This document shows, piece after piece, positions 1 through 10,323 of a stretch of DNA of 32,000 nucleotides (positions are counted from its first letter, which is position 1; each line of letters opens with the position of its first letter). The translations under genes and the position numbers were made by a program. Under the pieces are notes generated by a model. It was not told the origin of the DNA and made no database searches. It saw nothing but the letters and a program-made list of their open reading frames with translations. Location: the NCBI RefSeq assembly GCF_000306885.1, contig NC_018267.1, positions 210,001-242,000 on the forward strand, in the 5' to 3' direction. This DNA is from Wolbachia endosymbiont of Onchocerca ochengi (GTDB taxonomy: Bacteria; Pseudomonadota; Alphaproteobacteria; Rickettsiales; Anaplasmataceae).

Positions 1-126
1 TGTAGCTACTTGGTTAAAATCAAGTTCTCTGGATATTAGTGTCTGACTGCTTGAGATGATACTTTTCGAACATGATTTAAATTATAATATTTCTAAGGTT
101 ATACTAAAATGACAAAAGAAAAGATA

Positions 127-768
127 CTAGACCTTCTTACACCTTTTGCCATCAAATTCGCACAAATCATGAATTATGCACGCATCACACAATGGTTTTT
201 GTGCTTTGCAAGTATATCTACCATGCAAAACTAGCCAATGATGAGCATAGAACAGACATTTCTTTGGAACTATATTTAAAAGAGACTGCTCTGTTTTAAA
301 CACATCTTTTTCTTTCACAAGCCCAATTCTATTACTTACTCTAAAAACGTGAGTGTCAACTGCTAATGTCGGAATGCCAAGCCCCGAATTTAAGAACACA
401 TTAGCGCTCTTTCTTCCTACTCCTGGTAAAGATAGCAAATCATTAAAATTTACAGGAACTTTACTATTGTACCGCTCAATCAATATTTTGCTGAGCTTAA
501 TTATGTTTTTTGCTTTAGAATTATATAAACCGATGCTACTTATGTGTTTCTTTAGTTCACTCTGCCCAAGATTTAGTATTTTCTCTGGCGAATCAGCAAT
601 ACTAAACAGTTCTTCTGTAACTTTGTTAACACTCCTATCAGCTGTCCGTGCTGATAAAATTATCGCAGTCAGCAACGTAAAGTGATTAGTATAATTTAGC
701 TCTACTTTCGGTGTAGGGTTTGATTGGCTAAATCTTTCAAATACCAATCTTACTTTTTTCGGATCCAT
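127..768 (-). CDS. nth: Endonuclease III (DNA-(apurinic/apyrimidinic site) lyase / thymine glycol glycosylase)
   Basis: 213-aa ORF. It has the HhH-GPD signature (LLSLPGVGRKSANVFL) and catalytic-region VDTHVFRV. The C-terminal 4Fe-4S ligand pattern C-x6-C-x2-C-x5-C is present (CKAQKPLCDACIIHDLC). Confidence 0.93.
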   Translation of the reverse strand: MDPKKVRLVFERFSQSNPTPKVELNYTNHFTLLTAIILSARTADRSVNKVTEELFSIADSPEKILNLGQSELKKHISSIGLYNSKAKNIIKLSKILIERYNSKVPVNFNDLLSLPGVGRKSANVFLNSGLGIPTLAVDTHVFRVSNRIGLVKEKDVFKTEQSLLNIVPKKCLFYAHHWLVLHGRYTCKAQKPLCDACIIHDLCEFDGKRCKKV

Positions 769-2030
769 TCATAGAGCTAAAAGCTTATGCTACATTGTTT
801 ACCATATAAATTCAATTACCTAAAATCTAAACTGCTGTTTAGTGTTAACACTAGATAGGAACAATGTTTACTTCATCGAAACCTTTCAGCTAACTTACTA
901 GTCACCTCCACAAAAAAACTTTTTAACAATAAATATAATCGATATTAATATCGATGTGAATCGCATACTATTTCAATAGATCAGTTTCTTTTAAACTCTA
1001 TCTTTTCGAGAAAACAAGAAACCAGAATTTCAATTATTACTGCCAATACAAACAAAGAAATAAGTATACTTATATCTACAGTTAATCTACTAGTAATAAA
1101 GTTCGCTGCCTAGCTAATAGCTCATTTTATTCTTGAATGCATTGTAGAAACTACACAATTCTTACACTTTTTCATAAACAAATCAGAAGCTTAATTAATA
1201 AATGATATTAAACGCTACCATCTACCATAAAAATAGTAATACTTGTAATAGTTAATAGAGCTAAAGGTAAAACACTAAAGTCTGAATAAATAGCAAAGAT
1301 TCTGTTTTACGAATTTTAATACCTAATACTTTTCTACCTTAATTACACTCTTACCTTTTTCTAAGAGAATTAATATGTTAAATAATTGCATGCCTAGCTT
1401 CTTTGCTTGGTACTGATTTAGTTTTTATACTAACCTTTTAACCTTTATTACTTCCTCGAAATAACGCAATCCTAGATCTTGCGAAACTTTCTCCATTCTA
1501 ACGATAAGTCAACTACATTTCTCAAGTCCTTCCTAAATCAGAGGTCTTTACTTTTCAACATAGACATTAATTCTGTGTGATTTCTTGCAACTACCTCTTC
1601 CAGTAATACTTAATTTCTTAAATATCTCTTTCCTATAATGAAACTGACACGTTGCTAAATGTCCTTCACTTTCAGCATTAACACTAACTTTAACGCAAGG
1701 ACTTTACGAAACTCTACAAAAGGCTAATACATTTTTCCAATTCTCAATAAGATTTATAAATTTAACCAAATCTACCCTTCCCCTACTTTATCAGGATAAT
1801 TTATAACACCAGTATTTTATATTACCCCTAGAAACTAACAAAAACTTGATAGCCTTCACCTACAACTTACCGAGCTTTTATTCCTAATACATTAAAACAA
1901 AAAACCACACCATCAACCTCTGGCTAATTTAACTTAAAAATATCAACTTACTACTATATCTATCCTATACAAACACTAGGGTACTTAAGTGTAGTACACT
2001 TAAACAGTATACGCAAGTGGTTAATAATAA

Positions 2031-3455
2031 CTAAACAAAAAAACCTTCTTTCCTATCATATAAATACAACTTATCCATTCTTACCACGTCAAAACTGTTT
2101 TCTTCGAGTTTGATTAGTAAGTCATTTACATCGTTGTTTGTAACAGTTTTCTTCTCATTATTTACAATAAACCTACAGGTTACTTGATCGCTTGAAGACT
2201 TTGAACTTCCTGGCCAAATTGCAAGCCCTTTTGAATATATTGTGATAACCTTTAGATTGCTTAACTCAAATAACTTAACTAGTTGATCAAAATCTGCTGA
2301 TTTATTCCAGGCAAGCGTTACATCGCTACCAACTAATTTTCTCACTTTGTAGTTCTGCTCATAGTCATATCGTATACTCACTTTGCTATCACCTAAATTA
2401 CTACTGATTATAAATTCAGGCAATATCTTAGGCTTTTTCCCCAAATTATTTACAACAGCCTCTGCAAATTCTTTTGTACCAACTTTCCGTTTGCTCTTCT
2501 CCTTATACAAATCAGCAGTATGTATTCCATCTTCCAAAGTCTTTAACCATGCATTATAAATTAGTTTTGCAGCATCTACTTGATTTACGTAAATTAGCAT
2601 ATATACCGCAGCATTTAAAAGCCCAGAAGGATTAGCTAAGTTCTTTCCTGCAATATCAGGAGCAGAGCCGTGAACCGCTTCAAACATTGCGTATTCACTA
2701 CCTATATTACTACCACCAACTAACCCAATAGAACCTAAAATTTGGGCCATTATATCTGATAATATATCTCCATACAAGTTCCCAGTTACTATAACATCAA
2801 AATTCCCAGGTTCAGTGGCAACACGCGCCATTCCAATATCAACTACATAATGTTCTGCCTTTATATCTTGGTACTTCTCTGCAATGCGATTAAATGCTGC
2901 GCGGAAAGTGCCATCAGTCATTTTCATTATGTTATCTTTAGTTAAGCAAGTCACTTTCTTTCTATTATGCTTTTTTGCATATTCAAAAGCATATCTGCAT
3001 ATCCTCTCTGAACCGGATCTAGTAATAATTTTAGTGCATTGGAAAGAATTACCAGTAAGTCTATGCTCTATCCCCGTATAAACGTCTTCCTCATTTTCGC
3101 GTATTATAACGGTGTCAAACTTACCAAATTTATTTTCTATAATAGGATGATACGAAATGCACGGTCTAATGTTCGCGTATAGTCCAAGATTTTTTCTAAG
3201 TGCAACATTCAAACTTCTGTGTCCCTTACCTTGAGGAGTTGTTATCGGAGACTTAAGTAACACCTTTGTCCTTTCAATAGATTTCCAGCCACTTGGAGAA
3301 ATTCCGTTAGACCATTTCTTATCATAAACAAGTTTTCCTATTTCAATAACATCCACTGAGATCTTTGCTCCTGCTTCACACAATATCAACAGCACCGCTT
3401 CCATAATTTCTGGCCCGATACCGTCGCCATATGCAACTGTAATTGGTGTTGACAT
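2031..3455 (-). CDS. icd: NADP-dependent isocitrate dehydrogenase (long Rickettsiales-type with C-terminal extension)
   Basis: The ORF track gives 2031..3542. The conserved N-terminus starts at MSTPITVAYGDGIGPEIM (ATG at 3455), preceded by the SD-like AGGGAAG. The 29 upstream codons are a hydrophobic read-through. Isocitrate/isopropylmalate dehydrogenase motifs are present (NLYGDILSD, GSAPDIAGKN). Confidence 0.9.
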   Translation of the reverse strand: MSTPITVAYGDGIGPEIMEAVLLILCEAGAKISVDVIEIGKLVYDKKWSNGISPSGWKSIERTKVLLKSPITTPQGKGHRSLNVALRKNLGLYANIRPCISYHPIIENKFGKFDTVIIRENEEDVYTGIEHRLTGNSFQCTKIITRSGSERICRYAFEYAKKHNRKKVTCLTKDNIMKMTDGTFRAAFNRIAEKYQDIKAEHYVVDIGMARVATEPGNFDVIVTGNLYGDILSDIMAQILGSIGLVGGSNIGSEYAMFEAVHGSAPDIAGKNLANPSGLLNAAVYMLIYVNQVDAAKLIYNAWLKTLEDGIHTADLYKEKSKRKVGTKEFAEAVVNNLGKKPKILPEFIISSNLGDSKVSIRYDYEQNYKVRKLVGSDVTLAWNKSADFDQLVKLFELSNLKVITIYSKGLAIWPGSSKSSSDQVTCRFIVNNEKKTVTNNDVNDLLIKLEENSFDVVRMDKLYLYDRKEGFFV

Positions 3456-5967
3456 AACTTCCCTGATATTAAAATGATTTAATGTTAATCTAAATAATAG
3501 AGCAGCACAAGTGATCGATACTACCGAAATTAGCATATTCATAGTTATTCAATAACATGTTTTTATAAGTATACAGTTATATTACAAAAGTAGGATTATG
3601 GATACTGAAGTAAATGTTAAAGTAAATCATATAGGTTTCATAAGGAATACTATAGCAGAAATACTCAACTTTTTGATATCCTTCCCTGACTTTATCTACG
3701 CATATTCATCTATACATTATTAGATGATTTGGATTACTTTCATTTTCTGCTTCATCTACACTACCATAACACAATCTTCTACATCTTTATAATTGAGCTA
3801 ATTTCATTTTAGTTTATGCTACTTAATTAATGTAAATAAACATTCTATGATAAATTTACAAACACGGTAGTGATAGATTACAAGCCTAATTAATACTTTA
3901 CGTGCTATAAAAGTGTAAACCTTAATAATATCTTTATCATCATATAAGATAGCTAAATTAACATTTACAAACTTACGATATGGTACACATAGTTTAGAAA
4001 AGTAAAGCTCACTAGTTTACGTACGTACAAAATTGGAGTCCAACACTACAAAGCTATATTTATCTATATATTAGCCTGTTCAATGATCTTATTGAGTTTT
4101 TCTATTACCTATACTGAAAAAGAAACCTGTAAAGATATAAGAAGCCTTTAATAACATTGCTAAGTATATAAAAGCAAAAACATAAAGATTTTGAAATTAT
4201 TGAAAGAAAAATGATAAACTTAATATCAAAATTACACAAAATTCTAGTAATAATTTCAGCACATATTCTACCTTATAAAGAGCAAAAAGCTCCTTTAAGT
4301 CCGGAGATGACGAAGCATCTATTCCTTTTTCTTACCAGGCCACTACAAAATTTCTTTATCATAAAATGCTTTAATCGGACTAGAAAACATTTATTACTCT
4401 AATAAAGAATTTTTGATAACAGTCTCAATATAACAACGATCTAGCGTTAAGTGAAAAAATGCTGAAATTGTATGATATACACAAAAACTGTACTCTCCTA
4501 TTAGAAAATCTAGATCTGATCTATATAAAGAAGGAGAATCATACACACATCAAGAAATATATGATAGCTATAATTTCTCTTAACCGAGATAATATTTTTT
4601 ATGTCTATAATTTAGCTATTACTCTAGACAAGCTTTCAGATTTCAAAATGCTACAACATTCTATTTAAAGATATTAAATATGACAACAAATTCAAAAGAT
4701 ATAAATGAAAAAACACCCATACCTAATGTAGAGGCAAGAGCAAAATTGATAAAACTTTATAAAGATACTTAACAACTCCGTAATTTTAATATTATCTCAA
4801 CTATTCTAGACAAAATATCATAAAATTTAAGAAAAAGTTAATCATTATAAGGTAGCTTCTTTCTAAGAAGACAATACAGTAAGGTATAAATGATAGTACC
4901 AAAGATAACTTACCAACCCGAGCCACCAAATAGAACAACAAAAGAATTATTAAAATTTATTCTAAATCTCTTTAATGCATTAGACAAACTATTTTCATCT
5001 GTTAAAAAGAAAGGAATACCTGCCAAAAATACTGAGATCCAATTTGCAGACGATAAACATATTCATGCTAAAACAAGATGGTTTTGAAAATGATAATCAA
5101 CTAAGCAGCTGCTATACTCTAGTAGCCAAAGAGCTTAGAGAAAAATCAATCGACTCACCACTTATATATGCTATTCAAGTAAACCCTGCTACAAAACAAG
5201 AGATCAAAAATAAAATGACAAATATATTTATGAAGGAATAAATTTCTCAAAGAAGAATAAGCACATCCACAAAGAAATAGATCCTTCTAAAAGAAATAAC
5301 AATTTGTTTAAGTAGAGATTATCCCAATTAGAAAATATGCAATACAACAAGAGCCTATATATGCTAAAATCTCTGTGATAAAGGACGTAAGCTAGCTATA
5401 TATTAGCACAAGAAAGATCAATTATTCAACCAAAGTAAATTCCACTGTAAAAAGATTGGAAAAGAAAGTAAAATCTATAAAAGCTAATTTTAACATTTAC
5501 CATGGATAAGTAAAAGGCAGAAAAAACAACGGAAAGAAAAAAATAAACAAATAAATATAAATCAGAAACTAATACAATAACAGGTTAACAAAGAGGAGTT
5601 GTAGACTACACCACTAGAAAAACTGTTGGCACTAATGTAAAAAAGGTAAAAAATATGAATAAGGTTATGATTTTAACACAAAAATAGAACAATTAAGAGT
5701 AGAGCTTAGAATTCTCAACTCTAAAAAGAGAATTCAATTTATGTTAAATAAAGAATAATAGGAAATTATCGATATAAAATCATCGATACACCACTTTAAT
5801 TGGGTAGTTCACGAGAGTATTAAAAATAAGAGTAGTTATTTTCTTATTAAGAAGAGTCAAAAGATGCAAACTATTATAATGAAGTATATTTTTACAAAGC
5901 AAATGCTTTTTGGTAAGTAAATCGACCTTGCATTTTATCTAGTTATTGATATTCTGAATAAAGAAAT

Positions 5968-6041
5968 CGGGGCATGGCGCAGTCTGGTAGCGCATTTGGT
6001 TTGGGACCAAAGGGTCGGGAGTTCAAATCTCTCTGCCCCGA
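5968..6041 (+). tRNA. tRNA-Pro (anticodon TGG)
   Basis: 74-nt cloverleaf folded by hand. Acceptor CGGGGCA/TGCCCCG, D-arm GCGC/GCGC, anticodon stem TTTGG/CCAAA with loop TTTGGGA, T-arm GGGAG-TTCAAAT-CTCTC, discriminator A. CCA is not encoded. Confidence 0.9.
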
Positions 6042-6244
6042 TCCTCTATGTTGGTTTTGATACGTTTCAAAAACTCTGTCAATAGACTAAATTAATTAGT
6101 ACATGCATTACCTTTTTTATATATCAACGTTTAACTTTATGCTACCAACTACTAATGCATATCTTACAGTATACATTTCTAAATAATTTTAGAAAATATT
6201 GGTTATTAGATAACATAATCAAAAATTTTTTCTTGATGTTCACT

Positions 6245-7136
6245 ATGGTTAAAGCTGTACAAATTAAAAGAACTAGAGAAATAAAAGTATTAGAATTTGT
6301 TAATAGTAGGTATAAGTGAGCCAAAGGATGAAGAAGCTTAGTACGTCCGTTAGCGCTTGGAGTGGAAGCAGTGGAAGTTGTCGAAAAGCTTGGTAAGAAA
6401 ATAAGCAATGACTTACAGATTGGAGATAGGGTTGGGTACTGCACAGCTCCAACAGGGCCATATTGTGAGAAACGTGTTATACACCAGAAATATTTGATAA
6501 AGATTCCAGATGAAATACCGGATGAAATTGTACCCATAGTATTACTCAAAGGCATGATAGCTCACCATTTAATTAACCAATCCTATAAAATAAAACCTGG
6601 CACCGCTGTGCTTGTACGTGGAGTTAATGGTGGATTAGGGCAGATAATATGTCAATGAGCAAATGATAAAAAATGAGTAGTAATAGGTTCTATAAGCTCT
6701 GACGAAAAAATAAAGATAGCTTTACAAAATGGCTGCATATATGCAATAAATTATCATGATAAAGACTTTGTTTCTAAGATTATGGAGATTACGCAAAACA
6801 AAGGAGTATGTGCAGTGCATGATCCTATAGGCTATGCTACACAGCAAACTTTTTTTCGAGTCTTTAGGAAAGTTTGGCATATATGTTTCTATGGACAAAT
6901 ATCAGGCAATGTTTCGATTAGCTCTCCCTTTACTTAGTTCACGTTCATTATATCATCATAAGCACAACAGACTCACCCTAGTGCTCACTTGCAGCGGAAA
7001 TCTTTGAGATGATAAGGAAGAAACTTTTGACTGTATAAAGATTAACAAAAAGTACAAATTCGATGAAATAATAGAAGCTTATTTTGATATGGAGAACAGA
7101 AAAGCAAGTGGATTAAATATTATAAAAATCTCTTAA
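6245..7136 (+). pseudogene. qor: NADPH:quinone oxidoreductase (zeta-crystallin/Qor, MDR superfamily) pseudogene
   Basis: Starts MVKAVQIKRTREIKVLEFVNSRYK, then TGA at 6317. Recognisable Qor segments continue across several stops and frameshifts: GVEAVEVVEKLGKK...GDRVGY, IAHHLINQSYKIKPGTAVLVRGVNGGLGQIICQ*, VVIGSISSDEKIKIALQNGCIYAINYHDKDF, and C-terminal ...FDMENRKASGLNIIKIS*. The N-terminal catalytic domain is shortened by an internal deletion. Confidence 0.85.
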
Positions 7137-7152
7137 GCAAATTTTGCCTACT

Positions 7153-9069
7153 TTAGCAGTAAGCAATGTTACTCTTAATTATCTCAATATTCTCCCTTGG
7201 TAGTTCCTTGATAAATCGCGAAGTATACATTGATTGCCACTGGTTATTCATTTCCCTTCTACCTGCACATGAAATAATTAACCTTTCTTTTGCTCTAGTT
7301 ATTCCGACATATGCAAGTCTTCTTTCTTCCTCTAAAGCTCTACCACTTTTATCTTCAAAGGATCTTTGATGCGGAAATAATCCTTCTTCCCAGCCAGGTA
7401 AAAACACGCATGGAAACTCAAGTCCTTTAGCTGCATGAAGAGTCATAACATATACAGTGTCATCACCACTCATATTATCGACTTCCGTCACCAAACTTAC
7501 ATGCTCCAAGAAAGTTGTGATATTATCAAAGTTTTTTAAAGATGAAATAAGTTCTTTAACGTTTTCTATCCGAGTTAAACCTATCACTTCCTCATTTTCA
7601 AGCATTTCCATATACCCTGATTGATCTGCTACGATTTTAACAAATTTATGCAATGGCTTTACGCTTACTATCTTTTTCCAAGCTTCAATTTTACTTAAAA
7701 AATCATTGAGTGAGAGCTTAATCCTTCCAATTACTTGATTGCTATCGACTAGTACTCTTGCTGCCCCAAAAAAAGAAGTCTTGTTATCTTGAGCAATTGT
7801 ATATATCTTTTTTAGAGTTGTAGTTCCTATACTCCGCTTTGGCCGATTTACAATCCTTTCAAAAGCCAAGTCATCATTGATGTTCACAACGAGTCTTAAA
7901 TATGCAATTATATCTCTGATTTCGTGACGTTCATAGAATTTTACACCGCTTATAATCTTATAGGGAATTGAATACTTTATAAAATATTCTTCCAGGATTC
8001 TAGTTTGAAAAATAGCTCTTACCAGGACCGCAATGTCACTAAATCTATATTTGTTGAGTTTTAATATCTGTTCACTTATGAACCTTGCTTCAGCCTTGCC
8101 ATCCCATAATTTTATTAGATTTACCTTTTCCCCTTCAGTATTTGTTGTCCATAATTTTTTTTCTAAGCGGGTTTTGTTATGATTAATAATATATGACGCA
8201 GTCGCAAGTATGTGGGATGTCGATCTGTAGTTACACTCCAATTTAACGGTTTTTGCATTTTTAAAATCGTTAGAAAATTTCAAAATATTTTCAACTTCTG
8301 CACCACGCCAACTGTATATTGACTGATCGTCATCTCCTACACAACAAATATTCGAATGTCCTTTTGCTAAATATTTCAGCCAAAGATATTGTATTACATT
8401 TGTATCTTGATACTCATCTACCACAATATATTTGAACTTGTTTTGGTAGTAGGATAGAGTTTCAGCCTCTTGATCAAAAAGTTGTATGTTGTACAATAAT
8501 AGATCACCAAAATCAACAGAGTTAAGGAACTTCAACCTTTCTTGATATTGGTTATAAACTTTAAGTGCAGTTACATATAAAGGTCTAAGTGATTGAATGC
8601 TCCCCACTTCAGACGGCAACAAGCACTTTTCTTTCCATTGCTGAATAACACTCATGACGGTCTTACATTTCTCTAAGAAGTAGTCGGGGTTTATTTCATT
8701 AATAATATTTTTTATTACCTGTAATTGATCATCCATACCAATAATTGTGAAATTAGAGTTTAAACCCACAATTTCAGCATGACGGCGCAAAATTTTTGCT
8801 GCAATAGCATGAAAGGTACCAAGCCATGGTATATTTACACCTGTAAGCTCAAGCACTCTCGATACCATTTCATTTGCAGCTTTGTTAGTAAATGTAACCG
8901 CTAATATCCCATTAGAACTAGCGTAACCATTTCTAATTATATGTGCTATTCTTGAAGTAATGGTTCTCGTTTTTCCTGTCCCAGCTCCCGCCAATATCAA
9001 AATTGGCCCATCTACATTAGTTACAGCTAATCGTTGTTCTGGATTCAGCAGTGAGAGATAATCGCCCAT
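7153..9069 (-). CDS. uvrD: ATP-dependent DNA helicase, UvrD/Rep/PcrA family (SF1)
   Basis: 638-aa ORF with Walker A AGAGTGKT, motif II VDEYQDTN, motif III CVGDDDQSIYSWRGA, and motifs V/VI (MTLHAAKGLEF, RRLAYVGITRAK). Confidence 0.92.
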   Translation of the reverse strand: MGDYLSLLNPEQRLAVTNVDGPILILAGAGTGKTRTITSRIAHIIRNGYASSNGILAVTFTNKAANEMVSRVLELTGVNIPWLGTFHAIAAKILRRHAEIVGLNSNFTIIGMDDQLQVIKNIINEINPDYFLEKCKTVMSVIQQWKEKCLLPSEVGSIQSLRPLYVTALKVYNQYQERLKFLNSVDFGDLLLYNIQLFDQEAETLSYYQNKFKYIVVDEYQDTNVIQYLWLKYLAKGHSNICCVGDDDQSIYSWRGAEVENILKFSNDFKNAKTVKLECNYRSTSHILATASYIINHNKTRLEKKLWTTNTEGEKVNLIKLWDGKAEARFISEQILKLNKYRFSDIAVLVRAIFQTRILEEYFIKYSIPYKIISGVKFYERHEIRDIIAYLRLVVNINDDLAFERIVNRPKRSIGTTTLKKIYTIAQDNKTSFFGAARVLVDSNQVIGRIKLSLNDFLSKIEAWKKIVSVKPLHKFVKIVADQSGYMEMLENEEVIGLTRIENVKELISSLKNFDNITTFLEHVSLVTEVDNMSGDDTVYVMTLHAAKGLEFPCVFLPGWEEGLFPHQRSFEDKSGRALEEERRLAYVGITRAKERLIISCAGRREMNNQWQSMYTSRFIKELPRENIEIIKSNIAYC

Positions 9070-9768
9070 TTGCAGTTCTATAGATTACAACCTCTTAAAA
9101 TTAAACCCATGATCCAAATATTGTAAAGGCTTTATTGGATATAACAGTAAGAAATATACTATTCAACAAATAATATATAATGAAAACGCTTGAATTTAGC
9201 TATTTTTGTTCTAGTGGTATCAGGTGTACATCGAGCTAAGGTAACTTAATCTAAACTAAAACTTCTATTTGTCAGTTAGGCAGGTAGAACTTTGAATGGC
9301 TTAAATGTAAAGTTCAATTCCCGCATTTCTATTTTTTCAACTTTAATAAGAAGCTCAAAAGTATAGTAGTTATACGCTGCAGGTTATTTGATAAGATTCT
9401 TATATGTTTTTAACTAAGTTTCAATATTATACTATAAAATAATAAGCTTTTTCTCAAAACTCTTTCCATGATTTACTTAAACTAGTTGATGTGTTACTAA
9501 AGTAAATTACCATATAAATTCTCATGGAGTATTAATAACTTTCTTAACCTAGACTATCTTATATATTATAGTCTAAAAAAACAAATATATAACTATACTT
9601 TAAGCTACATTAACTAACAATACATTATACATAGGTAACAATCTATAAAACTATCATGATAAGTCAACCTCACTATTTGTATTATATAAAGTTTTTGCTT
9701 TAAACTTACTTTAGCAGCAAAAACTATTAAAGAACATCAATAAAGGTGTTGTTGCGTATATGCTACGG

Positions 9769-9842
9769 TGGGATTGGTAGGACTCGAACCTACGACCAAT
9801 TCGTTATGAGCGAACTGCTCTAACCAACTGAGCTACAATCCC
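9769..9842 (-). tRNA. tRNA with CAT anticodon (elongator Met or lysidine-modified Ile2; not initiator)
   Basis: The reverse complement reads GGGATTG-TA-GCTC-AGTTGGTTA-GAGC-A-GTTCG-CTCATAA-CGAAT-TGGTC-GTAGG-TTCGAGT-CCTAC-CAATCCC-A. Position 1:72 is a paired G:C, which excludes fMet. Downstream is CCG, so CCA is not encoded. Confidence 0.88.
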
Positions 9843-9883
9843 ATTCATTAGGATTTATAATACACACAAAAATAAACTTATCA

Positions 9884-10207
9884 TCACCTTATCTCACTAT
9901 CAATCCAACTTGATAAATCATTTATTGTACCAGTTTTACGTGCAATTTCTTTACCATCTTGAAATATGATTAATGTAGGTATAGATTGAATTCCCCATTT
10001 ACTTGGAACCTCAGTTCCTTCACCTACATTAAACTTGCAGACCTTGATTTTGCCTGTTCTATCTCGGGCTAATTGTTCAATACGTGGCATTAAACTTTTA
10101 CATGGTCTACACCACTCAGCCCAAAAATCTACTAATACAAACCCTTTATAGTCAGTGACCTCAAACTTAAAACTTTGATCATCTACTGATGTAACATTAC
10201 CATTCAT
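9884..10207 (-). CDS. trxA: Thioredoxin with variant active site WCRPC
   Basis: 107-aa ORF with a thioredoxin fold pattern: VLVDFWAEWCRPCK...IPTLIIFQDGK. The CxxC is present, but the canonical Gly is Arg (codon AGA, checked on the DNA). Confidence 0.9.
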   Translation of the reverse strand: MNGNVTSVDDQSFKFEVTDYKGFVLVDFWAEWCRPCKSLMPRIEQLARDRTGKIKVCKFNVGEGTEVPSKWGIQSIPTLIIFQDGKEIARKTGTINDLSSWIDSEIR

Positions 10208-10323
10208 AAAATACTCAACTTAATTCATACAATATAACGCACTTGCCAGTAACTAATCAATTAAATTATTACTAAATAGCCTAAAAAATTGTCATAAAGC
10301 CTACACATAAGCAAAAACTTCTG

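Noticed and set aside
1-126. Possible 3' end of a + strand gene (stops at 37-39 / 43-45) or the start of a minus-strand gene at the window edge.
   Set aside because: There is too little sequence. No frame has a recognisable motif or a credible start, so I make no call.
353-685. 110-aa + strand ORF inside nth. The same class includes 2884-3081, 7166-7369, 14739-14933, 19291-19536, 19696-20112, 19796-19990, 19842-20036, 20194-20394, 27351-27551, 28522-29004, 29514-29759 and 30705-30983.
   Set aside because: All lie antisense to, and fully or mostly within, genes with strong motif-level identification. Their translations are low-complexity, Leu/Ile/Phe/Ser-rich strings typical of the antisense of AT-rich coding DNA. 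None has a recognisable motif or RBS.
938-955. Perfect 18-bp palindrome ATCGATATTAATATCGAT upstream of nth. A related ATCGAT-containing inverted repeat lies at ~5768-5790.
   Set aside because: With a per-position complementarity probability of ~0.29 in this composition, about 0.5 perfect 9+9 palindromes are expected per 32 kb by chance. It is 170 nt from the nth start and has no supporting promoter context. It may still be real, but it is not supportable from sequence alone.
3456-3542. 29-codon N-terminal extension of the icd ORF (MNMLISVVSITCAALLFRLTLNHFNIREV).
   Set aside because: The conserved IDH N-terminus begins at MSTPITVAYGDGIGPEI and has its own SD-like AGGGAAG. The extension is a hydrophobic, unconserved-looking read-through of the upstream spacer.
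6142-6555. 137-aa minus-strand ORF.
   Set aside because: It is antisense to the qor pseudogene. The + strand frame carries the recognisable Qor sequence, and this ORF is a by-product.
9280-9345. tRNA/tmRNA-like T-loop string (AAAGTTCAATTCCCGC) followed by a T-run in the uvrD upstream spacer.
   Set aside because: The flanks do not form a T-stem, an acceptor stem or a cloverleaf. Only a 7-bp GAACTTT/AAAGTTC hairpin with a 15-nt loop can be drawn, and the T-run is 17 nt away. This does not support an RNA gene or a terminator.
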